64,000 bases of DNA from Actinomycetes bacterium (GTDB taxonomy: Bacteria > Actinomycetota > Acidimicrobiia > Acidimicrobiales > Palsa-688): NCBI GenBank assembly GCA_021787365.1, contig JAJYMB010000054.1:5365-69364 (forward strand), given 5' to 3'. The notes under the pieces are model-generated. The model made no database searches. It was not told where the DNA came from and worked only from the letters and a program-made list of their open reading frames with translations. Below, in pieces: positions 19,089-28,255 of the stretch (positions are counted from its first letter, which is position 1; each line of letters starts with the position of its first letter). The translations under genes were made by a program, and so were the position numbers.

Positions 19089-20036
19089 TCAAGCACTCTC
19101 GAGGTCCCTATCCCTTCTCCTGACCGCGCGTACGTACCCGTACGCTCCAATAGCCCCCAGCACAACGACAACGTTCCCGATTAGGCCCCCGTAGCCAAGC
19201 CGGTTGAAGCTGAAGGCCTCGAGGTACGAGTAGATCGGGAGTATGGCGGTGGCATTGCCGGGCCCGCCCTGGGTCATGACATAGATCAACGTAAAATTAC
19301 CAAGGCTCAAGAGCACAACTATAAGGACCGTCGTCATCAGCGTATAACGCATGATTGGCACCGTGACCTTCCAGAAGGTCTGCCACCCCGAAGCTCCCTC
19401 CATGCGGGCCGCTTCCACAACCTCGGGCGGCACCGCCCGCAGCCCGCCGCGCAGCACGAGCATGGCAAACCCAGAAGTCGACCATACGTTGGCCGCTGAC
19501 ACTATGACGAGAGGAACACTGAACAACGGTGCCCCTCCGAACAGCCTGGAGAGGGTCCCTCCTTGTGTGCTGAACCCGTACCACAAGAAAGCCCCGCTCG
19601 CGGCGGGCATGATCCACGCCAGGATCGCCACGCCCCCAACAGTGGCGCTCACACCCCTCGGCGCCCGCTCCATCCACAGCGCCAACACCATCGCCGCCAC
19701 CGTGACACCGAACACCGCCGAGGCCCCGATATAGATCCCAGTCACCGCGAGCGAGTGCCAGAACAGCGCGTCATGCGCCATGGCGACCAGGTTCGCGGAG
19801 CCGGTGAAGTTGTAGTGCACGGACTGGGGCCCCGTCAGCGTCAAGTTCGTGAACCCCAGGTAAAACGCATACGCCACGGGCGCGACGAACACGCAGGCGA
19901 GCGCGACCAGGGCAGGGGCAGTTAGCAGCAGCCCGGTCAGGTCGCTCACTGCCCGCGGAGCCCTGCGTGCCCCTGCCAACACAGGGGTCAACTGCGGCAC
20001 ACCCTCTTCACTTGTCCATTCCTGTATTGCAGTCAT
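19089..20036 (-). CDS. carbohydrate ABC transporter permease (MalF-like)
   Basis: EAA loop EVVEAARMEGASGWQTFWKVTVPIM and six or more hydrophobic spans. Confidence 0.85.
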   Translation of the reverse strand: MTAIQEWTSEEGVPQLTPVLAGARRAPRAVSDLTGLLLTAPALVALACVFVAPVAYAFYLGFTNLTLTGPQSVHYNFTGSANLVAMAHDALFWHSLAVTGIYIGASAVFGVTVAAMVLALWMERAPRGVSATVGGVAILAWIMPAASGAFLWYGFSTQGGTLSRLFGGAPLFSVPLVIVSAANVWSTSGFAMLVLRGGLRAVPPEVVEAARMEGASGWQTFWKVTVPIMRYTLMTTVLIVVLLSLGNFTLIYVMTQGGPGNATAILPIYSYLEAFSFNRLGYGGLIGNVVVVLGAIGAYGYVRAVRRRDRDLESA

Positions 20037-20118
20037 GGCAGTAGCCTCTTCACGCCCCAGTTCCGCTCCAACGTGCCTAGCCGACCGGACCCGCGGCGCC
20101 CCTCGCCCCCGCTGGCTT

Positions 20119-21495
20119 TCACTTCATGGCCACCACAGCCGACGACCCGAGCTGGTTTTTCACATAACCCTGGAAGGTGGACAGCGCCTGCGAAACGGTA
20201 GTACTCGGGTGTAGTGCCATGTTCCCGGTAGCCTCTCCGAACCCATACGCCCAGACCGCGAAGTTCGAGCTCGATGGGATGAGCCGCCCATACGGCAGCA
20301 CTTCCACCGACACTGCGTTATATGGTGCAGCGAAGTCTACGAACGCAGGGTCCTTACCGAACTTAGTAGAAGGAGGCACAAATCCTGCGTAGTTCGCGAC
20401 CGTCAGGGAGTTCTGTGCGTCCTCCATAAGGTTGAGCAGGTCCCATGCGTACTGGGCGTTTCTAGTAGCTGCCCCGAGCGCAAGGTCCCAGCCCCCTATG
20501 GTAGTTGCTATCCCCGGGGCCTGCCCGAACTCTGTAGGCAGGGGAGTGGCGCCGATCACTTTGCTCGCCTCTGGCCAGTAGGGGGAGCTGACCAACTTCG
20601 TCCATCCTCCTCCGTAGTAGTTCGAGCCTATGGCTATCCCGAGCTTCCCGTCCTTGAACAAGGTAGTGGGGTCGCCGATGCCGCCGTTCGCAGGCAAGAC
20701 GCTCAGTGGGACCCCCAGCCCCTTGCTGTAGACCTCGTGGTAAAATTTCATAACCGCGTCGATCCCGGGACTCTGGATTACCCACTTGTTCGTCTTCGGG
20801 GCCTGGATATATGGCGTCTGCGTACCATATAGGAGGTTCCCAGCGCCTTGGAGTACGCCACTCGCACCGGACAGGTTACTAGCGTAAAGCCACAGCGGGT
20901 AGACGCTGGAGACCTTGGCCTTTATCTGCTCGGCTGCCTTGAGGATCTCTGCCCAGTTCTTCGGGCGCCAGGCCGGCGGCAACCCGGCTTGCTTGAAGAC
21001 CGATTTGTCGTAATAGACGAACTCATCGTTCTCTCCTTGGTTCACCGCGTACACCTTGCCACCGAAGGTGCCCTCCTCTTGCACCACCTTGGGGAAGGTG
21101 GGCCACCAGGACGACTTCGGCAAGAACTTGTTCAGGGCCAACAGGTCGCCCGATGAGGCGAACTGGCCGATCTGTTCCGTAGGCATCTCCGCGACGTCTG
21201 GAGCCGTACTGCGACTCCTGTACAACAAGCTCAGCTTGGTGACGATGTCATTGTACGAGCCCGGGATTGGCAGGAGCTTCACGGTTGCGGAGGGGTACTT
21301 TGCGTCGAACTGCTTGGCTATAGAATTGTAGTACTTCGTGGTCAGTGGGGTTGTGTCGAGCACGTAGTTCGAGGAATAGGCCAACGTGACCACCACCTTC
21401 GACGAGCTCGCACTGCTCGCGGCGGGGGTCGCCACCACCATGAGCACAGACGCACTAGCGCCCGCAAAGAGGCACCTGACTGCTTTTGCCAACAT
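20119..21495 (-). CDS. ABC transporter extracellular solute-binding protein (sugar type)
   Basis: 458 aa with signal-like N-terminus MLAKAVRCLFAGASASVLMVVATPAASSA. Positioned upstream of the two permeases. Confidence 0.8.
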   Translation of the reverse strand: MLAKAVRCLFAGASASVLMVVATPAASSASSSKVVVTLAYSSNYVLDTTPLTTKYYNSIAKQFDAKYPSATVKLLPIPGSYNDIVTKLSLLYRSRSTAPDVAEMPTEQIGQFASSGDLLALNKFLPKSSWWPTFPKVVQEEGTFGGKVYAVNQGENDEFVYYDKSVFKQAGLPPAWRPKNWAEILKAAEQIKAKVSSVYPLWLYASNLSGASGVLQGAGNLLYGTQTPYIQAPKTNKWVIQSPGIDAVMKFYHEVYSKGLGVPLSVLPANGGIGDPTTLFKDGKLGIAIGSNYYGGGWTKLVSSPYWPEASKVIGATPLPTEFGQAPGIATTIGGWDLALGAATRNAQYAWDLLNLMEDAQNSLTVANYAGFVPPSTKFGKDPAFVDFAAPYNAVSVEVLPYGRLIPSSSNFAVWAYGFGEATGNMALHPSTTVSQALSTFQGYVKNQLGSSAVVAMK

Positions 21496-21646
21496 AATTC
21501 AGCATCTCCCTTACTGGATTTGTTCGGTTGTTAGGTCCCGATGTTCTTGTCTGCTGGTCGGCTAAGCTGACGATGCACCGCAGAAGAGGTCCGGGGACCC
21601 GGGGGACCTCTGCGTGAACGGTCCCGATGCGCTGGCGGGGGCCTGG

Positions 21647-22822
21647 CTAGCGCGCCTTCGCCGTGAGCGGCCCCACCTCCTTGGCCCCAGGAAGCTGCAT
21701 CACGGGTCGTGCGAGCCCCTGCCCGGCAGGCGTTGCCAAAGCATCACCCGACAGGGTGTCAAATAGGTACAGGCACTCGGCGCGTGCCGTCAACCGTACT
21801 GGCACCCCTGTCCCCACCGGGCCCTTGCCGCCCACCCGCCAACGTAGGGATGCCCCTTGGGCGGCCACGGTCACAATTGTTTCGCCCCCTAGGAGCTCGA
21901 CGATGTCCACGACCCCCACCACGCCCTCACTTTCCAAAGTGCTGAGCAACCTCCAGTCCTCTGGCCTTACTCCAAGAGTGAGGGGCCGATCGCTGGGCAG
22001 TCCTTCGAGAAGCCGCCGCCAGGATGCTGGGAGGGGTAGCCAGCCACAATTCATGCGAAACAGGAGGCTATCGGCCCTCACCTCGGCACGCCCGGTGAAG
22101 GTATTGAGCTTCGGCGACCCGAGGAAAGTCGCGACAAAGAGATTGCGCGGCCCTTCGTAGAGCTCCCCCGGGGTTCCGACTTGCATGAGGACGCCACCGG
22201 ACATGACACCGATCCGGTCTGCCATGGTCATGGCCTCGACCTGGTCGTGCGTTACGTACATCATGGTCGCCTCAACCCGCCTATGGAGGCGGATGAGCTC
22301 CTCACGCACCTCTGCTCGCAAGGCGGCGTCCAGATTGGACAGAGGCTCGTCCAAAAGGAACAGGTCGGGCCGCCTCATTAGCACTCGTCCGAGCGCGACC
22401 CGTTGTCGTTGCCCACCCGACAGCTGCGCCGGCCGACGGTCCAACAACTGGTCGAGCCCCAAAAGCTCAGCGACCTGCCTCGCGCGTTCACGGGACTCCT
22501 GCTTAGGCTCGTGACGGATTTGAGCGCCGAACGTGAGGTTGCGGTACACCGACATATGAGGGTATAAGGCATAGCTTTGGAAGACCATGCCGATATTTCG
22601 CCTCCCCGCGGGCACACGGGTGACATCGCGCCCCCCTATTTTCACCGAGCCAGCGCTGGCCGTCTCCAAACCGGCAACGATCCGCAGAGTGGTGGTCTTC
22701 CCACAGCCGGACGGGCCGACGAGGACCACCATCTCCCCATCAGCCACCGAAAGGTGCACGTTCTTCACAGCGGGGTGCTTACCGAACAGTTTCCACACCC
22801 CTTGGAGTTCAAGAGACGACAT
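21647..22822 (-). CDS. ABC transporter ATP-binding protein (MalK/UgpC/MsiK type)
   Basis: Walker A GPSGCGKTT, signature LSGGQRQRVALGR, Walker B LFLLDEP, and a C-terminal MalK-like regulatory domain. Confidence 0.9.
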   Translation of the reverse strand: MSSLELQGVWKLFGKHPAVKNVHLSVADGEMVVLVGPSGCGKTTTLRIVAGLETASAGSVKIGGRDVTRVPAGRRNIGMVFQSYALYPHMSVYRNLTFGAQIRHEPKQESRERARQVAELLGLDQLLDRRPAQLSGGQRQRVALGRVLMRRPDLFLLDEPLSNLDAALRAEVREELIRLHRRVEATMMYVTHDQVEAMTMADRIGVMSGGVLMQVGTPGELYEGPRNLFVATFLGSPKLNTFTGRAEVRADSLLFRMNCGWLPLPASWRRLLEGLPSDRPLTLGVRPEDWRLLSTLESEGVVGVVDIVELLGGETIVTVAAQGASLRWRVGGKGPVGTGVPVRLTARAECLYLFDTLSGDALATPAGQGLARPVMQLPGAKEVGPLTAKAR

Positions 22823-23340
22823 CTATTTCGTTCGTCCATTCCCCTCTGCTACCGGAGCAGCTGCCGTGGCTAGTGCGGCGCGCTGACCGAGGTAACAAAA
22901 TGGCTGGCTCGCAGCCGCGGCGGTTCACCACCGCCGGCCAGCGGTCGGGCCCCCTCTTAATGAACAACGGTACACCCCCCTGAGCATAGGTTCATGCTAC
23001 ATGTTCCTCCGGCGGCCGTCAAGTAGCCGCTCCCCCGCGGTGCCAGGCCTTGAGCCTCGAGACCCCGAGTGTGCCGACGGCTCTATGGCCGTCGCAGTGG
23101 CTGACCGGTCGCCTCTACTGGGCGGCCCTCCGACCCTTTCGTGGCCGGCCGCTCCAATACACCGGTACGACGAAGCCTCTATCCAGCATTTGGGCCGGGG
23201 GCGCGGAGGTTGCCGTCCCAACGCTATGTTGTCCTTTGACGCCTTCGGGCCGTCTGGCACAGCCACTGGCTGGCAGTGCCTATGTACTTGGCACACCACT
23301 GCCAGGGGCGGGGAAGGTGCTTCATAGACAAAGGAGGGTA

Positions 23341-24750
23341 ATGGTGCGAAATTTCACAATGACCATCGGGGGGTCCGCAGCAACGGCTCGGTCGAGCTTT
23401 GTCGTCGAGGACCCTGCGACCGGCGAGGTCCTCGCCGAGGCCCCAGAGTGTAGCCGCGAGCAGCTCGATGAGGCGATGCGTACGGCCGCCGACGCCTTCA
23501 CCTCCTGGTCGCACGACGCCAGGCAACGTCGGCGCGGCCTAGAGTCGCTCGCCGCCGTGGTCGAGGCGAACATCGAAGAGCTCGCCGACCTGATCACGAG
23601 CGAGCAGGGCAAGCCCATCGCCGAAGCTCGCGGCGAGCTTCGCGGAGTCCTCAACAACCTACGGTACTTCGCCACCCTCGAGCTGCCTGAAGAGCTCCTG
23701 CGCGACGATCAACGCGTCACGGTGAAGGTGCTGCGCCGCCCTGTCGGGCCGGTGGCAGCGATAACGCCTTGGAACTTCCCGCTCGGTACGGCGGTTGCCA
23801 AGATCGCCCCGGCCCTTGCCGCCGGCTGCACGATTGTGCTCAAGCCGTCCCCGTTCACACCCCTCACCTGCCTGCGTTTTGGCGAGCTGACCCGCGACGT
23901 GCTGCCGGGGGGCGTGGTAAACGTGCTAAGCGGCGGCAACGAGCTTGGAGCGGCGATGGTCGAGCACCCGGTGCCCCGCATGGTCAGCTTCACCGGGTCG
24001 GTCGCCACCGGCAAGCGCATCGCCGCCGCAGCCGCTCCGGACCTGAAACGGCTAACCCTCGAGCTCGGTGGCAACGACCCAGCCATCGTGCTCGACGACG
24101 CCGACGTCGAGACCGTGGCTGACGGCATCTTCGCCAACGCTTTCTCGAACTGCGGCCAGGTTTGTGTAGCAATCAAGCGCGTGTACGCTCCCGAGCGGAT
24201 CTACGACGAGGTAGTGTCAGCCCTCGCCGAGCGAGCCCGCGCCGCCAAGGTCGGCGACGGCCACCTAGACGGCACCGAGATCGGGCCCCTGTGCAACCGC
24301 ATGCAGTTCGAGCGCGTCAGCGGGCTCGTCGCCGACGCGCTGTCGGGCGGTGGCGCAGCCGTGACCGGCGGTGCCGCGGTCGACGGCCCGGGCTACTTCT
24401 ATGAGCCCACCGTGATCACAGGCGTCTCCGACGGCACGCGCATAGTCGACGAAGAGCAGTTCGGTCCGGCGCTGCCGGTTCTCTCGTACCGTGATGTCGA
24501 CGAGGCGCTAGCACGAGCCAACGCAACACACTTCGGCCTCGGCGCGTCGATCTGGACATCGGACCCAGACCGTGCCGCCGCGGTGGCGCCGGAGGTCGAG
24601 GCGGGCACGGTGTGGGTGAACAGCCACCAGTCGGAGGTGCCCGGGCAGCCCTTCGGAGGGCTCAAGTGGAGCGGTATCGGCGTCGAGGGTGGCCGTTGGG
24701 GGCTGATCGGGTTTAGCGAGATCCAGACTGTCTACGTCGCCCGTGACTGA
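23341..24750 (+). CDS. NAD(P)-dependent aldehyde dehydrogenase
   Basis: Start reassigned to ATG 23341, directly preceded by aaaggaggg. FTGSVATGKRI, ELGGNDP (catalytic Glu) and CGQVCVAIKR (catalytic Cys). Confidence 0.85.
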   Translation: MVRNFTMTIGGSAATARSSFVVEDPATGEVLAEAPECSREQLDEAMRTAADAFTSWSHDARQRRRGLESLAAVVEANIEELADLITSEQGKPIAEARGELRGVLNNLRYFATLELPEELLRDDQRVTVKVLRRPVGPVAAITPWNFPLGTAVAKIAPALAAGCTIVLKPSPFTPLTCLRFGELTRDVLPGGVVNVLSGGNELGAAMVEHPVPRMVSFTGSVATGKRIAAAAAPDLKRLTLELGGNDPAIVLDDADVETVADGIFANAFSNCGQVCVAIKRVYAPERIYDEVVSALAERARAAKVGDGHLDGTEIGPLCNRMQFERVSGLVADALSGGGAAVTGGAAVDGPGYFYEPTVITGVSDGTRIVDEEQFGPALPVLSYRDVDEALARANATHFGLGASIWTSDPDRAAAVAPEVEAGTVWVNSHQSEVPGQPFGGLKWSGIGVEGGRWGLIGFSEIQTVYVARD

Positions 24751-24990
24751 CTGCTCAGCCGGGACGGTAGGCGCGCAATGTCGACCCCGAACGCTACCAC
24801 CGTCGGCGCGCCGGTCCGCAGCCGGGCGCCTACCTACAGTTCCTGCTGTTCGCCTGGTACCTCGAAAGTGGTCCGCGGCCCAACTTCTACGCCGACGCTG
24901 GGCACCACGGGGAGGTCCGCGAGACCAGCGACTTCTGGTACCACCTGCTCGACCACCAACCCGGGTGCTGAGGGTGCCTGACCGTCCGTC

Positions 24991-26667
24991 ATGACAAGGC
25001 CAGAGGTGCACGACTTCGTCATCATCGGCGGCGGCTCGGCGGGGTGCGTCCTGGCCAACCGGCTCTCTGCCAGCGGTGCATCGGTGCTGCTGGTCGAGGC
25101 GGGGGTCGACCTGCCCGCGGAGTGCGTCCCGCCGGACGTCGATGACGTTTACCCACGCTCGTACTACAACCGGTCCTACATGTGGCCCGGTCTGAGCTCG
25201 GACAGCGCCAGCGCTGGGTCACGCCGACGACCTTTTTTCCCCCAAGCGCGCGTGCTCGGTGGCGGGTCCACGTTGATGGGCATGATCGCGTTGCGGGGCT
25301 ACCCCAGCGATTACGACGACTGGGGTGTCGGCGGCTGGTCCTGGGCCGACGTGCTGCCGCGGTTCAAACGCGTCGAGCACGACTGGGACTTCGCCAGCGA
25401 GGACCACGGTGACTCGGGGCCGGTTGTGATCCGCCGCCACCGGCCCCCCGACTGGCCGCCCTTCTGCCGAGCAGTCGGCGATGCTGCGCTGGCGGCCGGC
25501 TGGCCATTGTTGTCCGACCTCAACGCCGAGACGGGCGATGGTTACGGCGCCCTGCCGCTCAGCCAGACCGAGACCCACCGTGTCGGCGCCTTTTCCGCCT
25601 ACCTCGACTCTGCGGTCCGCCGGCGGCCGAACCTCCGGATCTGGACCGGAGCCGCCGCGACGCTCCTTGAGTTCGAGGGTGACCGCTGCATCGGCGCACG
25701 CGTCGTGGCCAACGGCCGTTCGTCGCTAGCCCGCGGACGGCACACCGTTCTCAGCGCCGGGGCCGTGTTCAGCCCGACCCTGCTCATGCGGTCCGGCATC
25801 GGTCCCGAGGACCACCTGCTCCAAGCCGGCGTGCCGACACGAGTCCACCTGCCAGGGGTCGGGTCGAACCTGCAGAACCACCCGGTCGTCTATGTCGCCG
25901 CCCACCTCCCAGCGCGAGCGCGCCAGTCCCCTGCTCTGCGCGCTGCCTTCGTCACCGCCCTTCGCATGAGCTCACGATCGGATGGCGGGCCCGCCGGCGA
26001 CGTGAACATCCTCGTGCTCAACGCGGCCTCCTGGCACGGCGTCGGTGCAGACGTCGGCGCACTGGCCGTGTGCCTCATGAAACCGACGACTCGGGGCACG
26101 GTTCGCCTCGACCTCGGCGACCCCTCAAGGAACCCGCGCCTCACTTTCCTCACCCGTGCCACCGCTTTAGACGCCGAACGGCTGCGCGCCGGAGTAGACG
26201 TCGCCTGCTCCATGATGGCGAGCGAGCAGGTCCGCCGGGTGCGGAACGAGGTGTTCACCTCCGGTTACTCGGGCGTGGTGCGCCGTCTCAACGGCCCAGG
26301 CGCCATGAGCACGGTCCTTTCCGAGGTGCTGGCACGCCTCCTCGACGGCCCGCCGGCAATGCGCCGCAACGTGCTGCGGATAGGGGTCGCCCGGGGCAGT
26401 GTGAGCGAGTCCCGTCTCAGCCGAGACCGCTGGAGGCAGGCCCTGGTCCGCGACCGCCCGATCTGGAGCTACCATCCCGTCGGGACCTGCGCTATGGGCA
26501 CCGAGGACGACGACTCCGCTGTGGTCGACCGGCGCGGCCGGGTCCTCGGTATCGACGGGCTCTCCGTCATCGACGCCTCGATCATGCCGGTCATCCCACG
26601 CGCCAACACATGCCTGCCGGTACTTATGCTGGCCGAGCGGGCCGTGGAACAGCTCGTGCACAGCTGA
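24991..26667 (+). CDS. GMC family oxidoreductase (choline/alcohol dehydrogenase-like flavoprotein)
   Basis: N-terminal FAD motif DFVIIGGGSAGCVLANRLS and C-terminal HPVGTCAMG segment. Confidence 0.85.
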   Translation: MTRPEVHDFVIIGGGSAGCVLANRLSASGASVLLVEAGVDLPAECVPPDVDDVYPRSYYNRSYMWPGLSSDSASAGSRRRPFFPQARVLGGGSTLMGMIALRGYPSDYDDWGVGGWSWADVLPRFKRVEHDWDFASEDHGDSGPVVIRRHRPPDWPPFCRAVGDAALAAGWPLLSDLNAETGDGYGALPLSQTETHRVGAFSAYLDSAVRRRPNLRIWTGAAATLLEFEGDRCIGARVVANGRSSLARGRHTVLSAGAVFSPTLLMRSGIGPEDHLLQAGVPTRVHLPGVGSNLQNHPVVYVAAHLPARARQSPALRAAFVTALRMSSRSDGGPAGDVNILVLNAASWHGVGADVGALAVCLMKPTTRGTVRLDLGDPSRNPRLTFLTRATALDAERLRAGVDVACSMMASEQVRRVRNEVFTSGYSGVVRRLNGPGAMSTVLSEVLARLLDGPPAMRRNVLRIGVARGSVSESRLSRDRWRQALVRDRPIWSYHPVGTCAMGTEDDDSAVVDRRGRVLGIDGLSVIDASIMPVIPRANTCLPVLMLAERAVEQLVHS

Positions 26668-26858
26668 CGAGCGCTGCTACCCACCGGACATGGATGCGCC
26701 AACCGTCGACTTGGGCCGACGGCACTTGACACAGCCCCCTGGCAGCAACAGCGGTAACGGGGGGTCTTACCCGCCGGCGTGGCCAGCCGACCAAGCGGGC
26801 CGGCCTCCTGTGAACGAGCACACAGGTGTGATGGCCCGGAGGCGGCTCAAAGGCTACC

Positions 26859-26880
26859 GGATAATGGATAATAGGATAAT
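26859..26880 (+). promoter_or_regulatory. three tandem GGATAAT heptamers (overlapping -10-like GATAAT boxes) abutting the SorC start
   Basis: GGATAAT at 26859-65, 26866-72 and 26874-80. The last GATAAT ends 6 nt before ATG 26887 and there is no SD, compatible with a leaderless transcript. Confidence 0.3.
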
Positions 26881-26886
26881 GGCTCC

Positions 26887-27855
26887 ATGTCCACTGCAGA
26901 GGGGCCGGGCTCGCGTGACCTCGAGGTTATCGGGAAAGCGGCGCGGCTCCACTACGAGTACGGGCTCACGCACCAAGAGGTCGCGGGGGTCCTGCATATT
27001 TCTCGGGTCAAGGTGACTCGCCTGCTCAAGCAGGCCAGGAACCTCGGGCTCGTTCAGATCCGCGTACTGCCGGATGTATCGCCGTACGCAGGCGTTGAAA
27101 CTGAGCTTGTCCAACACTTCAAGGTCGACGAAGCTGTGGTGGTGCCGACGATGGCCGACGAGCGTGAGCAGCGGGCCGCTCTTGCCATGGCGGCAGCCCG
27201 CTACCTCCAACGCGTGCTCCGCAACGGCATGACCGTGGCCATCGGCCTCAGTAGGACGATTGCCCTCGTGCCCCAGTTCGTGGTTGACGCGCGCCCTGTA
27301 TCCGCGACGTTCGTGTCGCTCGTTGGCGGCCTCCGCCGGGTTTCCATGGCAGCCAACCCCTACGAGGGGGCCGAGCGCCTCGCACAACTTTTCGGCGGTA
27401 ACGTCGAGCACTTGTTGGCTCCCGCGATCGCCGGTTCTCCCACCATCGCAAAGGCCTTCCGGTCCGACCCCGCCAGCGCGCGTACTCTTGCACGCGCCGC
27501 ACAAGCCGATGTAGCCCTACTGGGAGTGGGCGGCGTTACCAACCGTACAACGCTCGTCGACGAGGGAGAGCTCACGGCCAAGGAGATCTCGGGGCTAGTC
27601 GAGGTAGGCGCGGTAGGAGACATTGCGGCGCGCTTTTTTGATGCCGACGGCATGGCCGTGGCGCACGAGATCGACCGGCGCGTCGTCGGCCTGACGCTGG
27701 CGCAGATCTGTCGGATACCCCTACGCATCGTCGTCGCCGGCGGAGCGTACAAGGTCCCAGCCCTCAGGGCCGTATTGCACGGGGGGCTGGCTGCCGTTGT
27801 GGTGCTGGACGTCAGGACAGCCAAACACGTCTTGGCGGGGAAGGCTGCTATCTAG
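26887..27855 (+). CDS. SorC/DeoR-type sugar-binding transcriptional regulator
   Basis: N-terminal HTH HQEVAGVLHISRVKVTRLLKQARNLGLVQIRV followed by a sugar-binding domain of SorC/CggR length. Confidence 0.8.
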   Translation: MSTAEGPGSRDLEVIGKAARLHYEYGLTHQEVAGVLHISRVKVTRLLKQARNLGLVQIRVLPDVSPYAGVETELVQHFKVDEAVVVPTMADEREQRAALAMAAARYLQRVLRNGMTVAIGLSRTIALVPQFVVDARPVSATFVSLVGGLRRVSMAANPYEGAERLAQLFGGNVEHLLAPAIAGSPTIAKAFRSDPASARTLARAAQADVALLGVGGVTNRTTLVDEGELTAKEISGLVEVGAVGDIAARFFDADGMAVAHEIDRRVVGLTLAQICRIPLRIVVAGGAYKVPALRAVLHGGLAAVVVLDVRTAKHVLAGKAAI

Positions 27856-28192
27856 TGCCAGGCAAGCTGATGGATGCAACGTACGACCAAACAGCTGCGC
27901 TTAGAGTCGAGTCGGGACCCAATCGTGCGAGTATCTCTAGCCTGGACTCCCGCGCAAGGCGGTTGAAGTAACAGTCGTCCGCTTCGTTGCCGTGTGACAT
28001 GGCGGAATCACAAAGAGCTCAGTTAGCCCAAAGGGGCAACCAGTGAACGAGTACCCAGATTATCAGGTCAGTAGGGCGTGCTCGCTAAGACGGGTCGAGA
28101 GCCTGTAATTACATGCGTTTATCTAGTCGAGAGGGCCACGTGCCCTGCTTGGTGGACCGAGGCCCGCCAACCCCCCGAGGCTCAGGTAAGCT

Positions 28193-28255
28193 GTCCGCTT
28201 TCAGCCGGAATCTTGCCCGCTTTGCCCCGGAACCCGTGTCCGTTTTCCGCCGGAT
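28193..28255 (+). repeat. three direct 18-bp repeats spaced 22-23 bp (GYCCGYTTTSMSCCGGAW)
   Basis: GTCCGCTTTCAGCCGGAA (28193), GCCCGCTTTGCCCCGGAA (28215) and GTCCGTTTTCCGCCGGAT (28238). Confidence 0.6.

Noticed and set aside
21585-21611. Hairpin AGAGGTCC-N11-GGACCTCT between the ABC ATPase and binding-protein genes
   Set aside because: The structure is real, but I cannot distinguish an intercistronic stabiliser or attenuator from chance GC-rich pairing, so it is not listed as a feature.
23255-23270. Sigma-54-type promoter (TGGCAC-N5-...)
   Set aside because: The -12 TTGC element is absent (CTGG instead), and Actinobacteria generally lack RpoN. A repeat or operator interpretation is preferred.
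27854-28000. 49-aa minus-strand ORF (MSHGNEADDCYFNRLARESRLEILARLGPDS...)
   Set aside because: It is short, has no recognisable motif or SD, and overlaps the SorC stop. Evidence for a gene is insufficient.
28138-28175. Candidate att repeat: ACGTGCCCT (28138; also 35660) and CCAACCCCC (28167; also 35617)
   Set aside because: These are only 9-nt matches and their order is reversed between the two ends, so they do not form a direct repeat. They are compatible with chance in GC-rich DNA.
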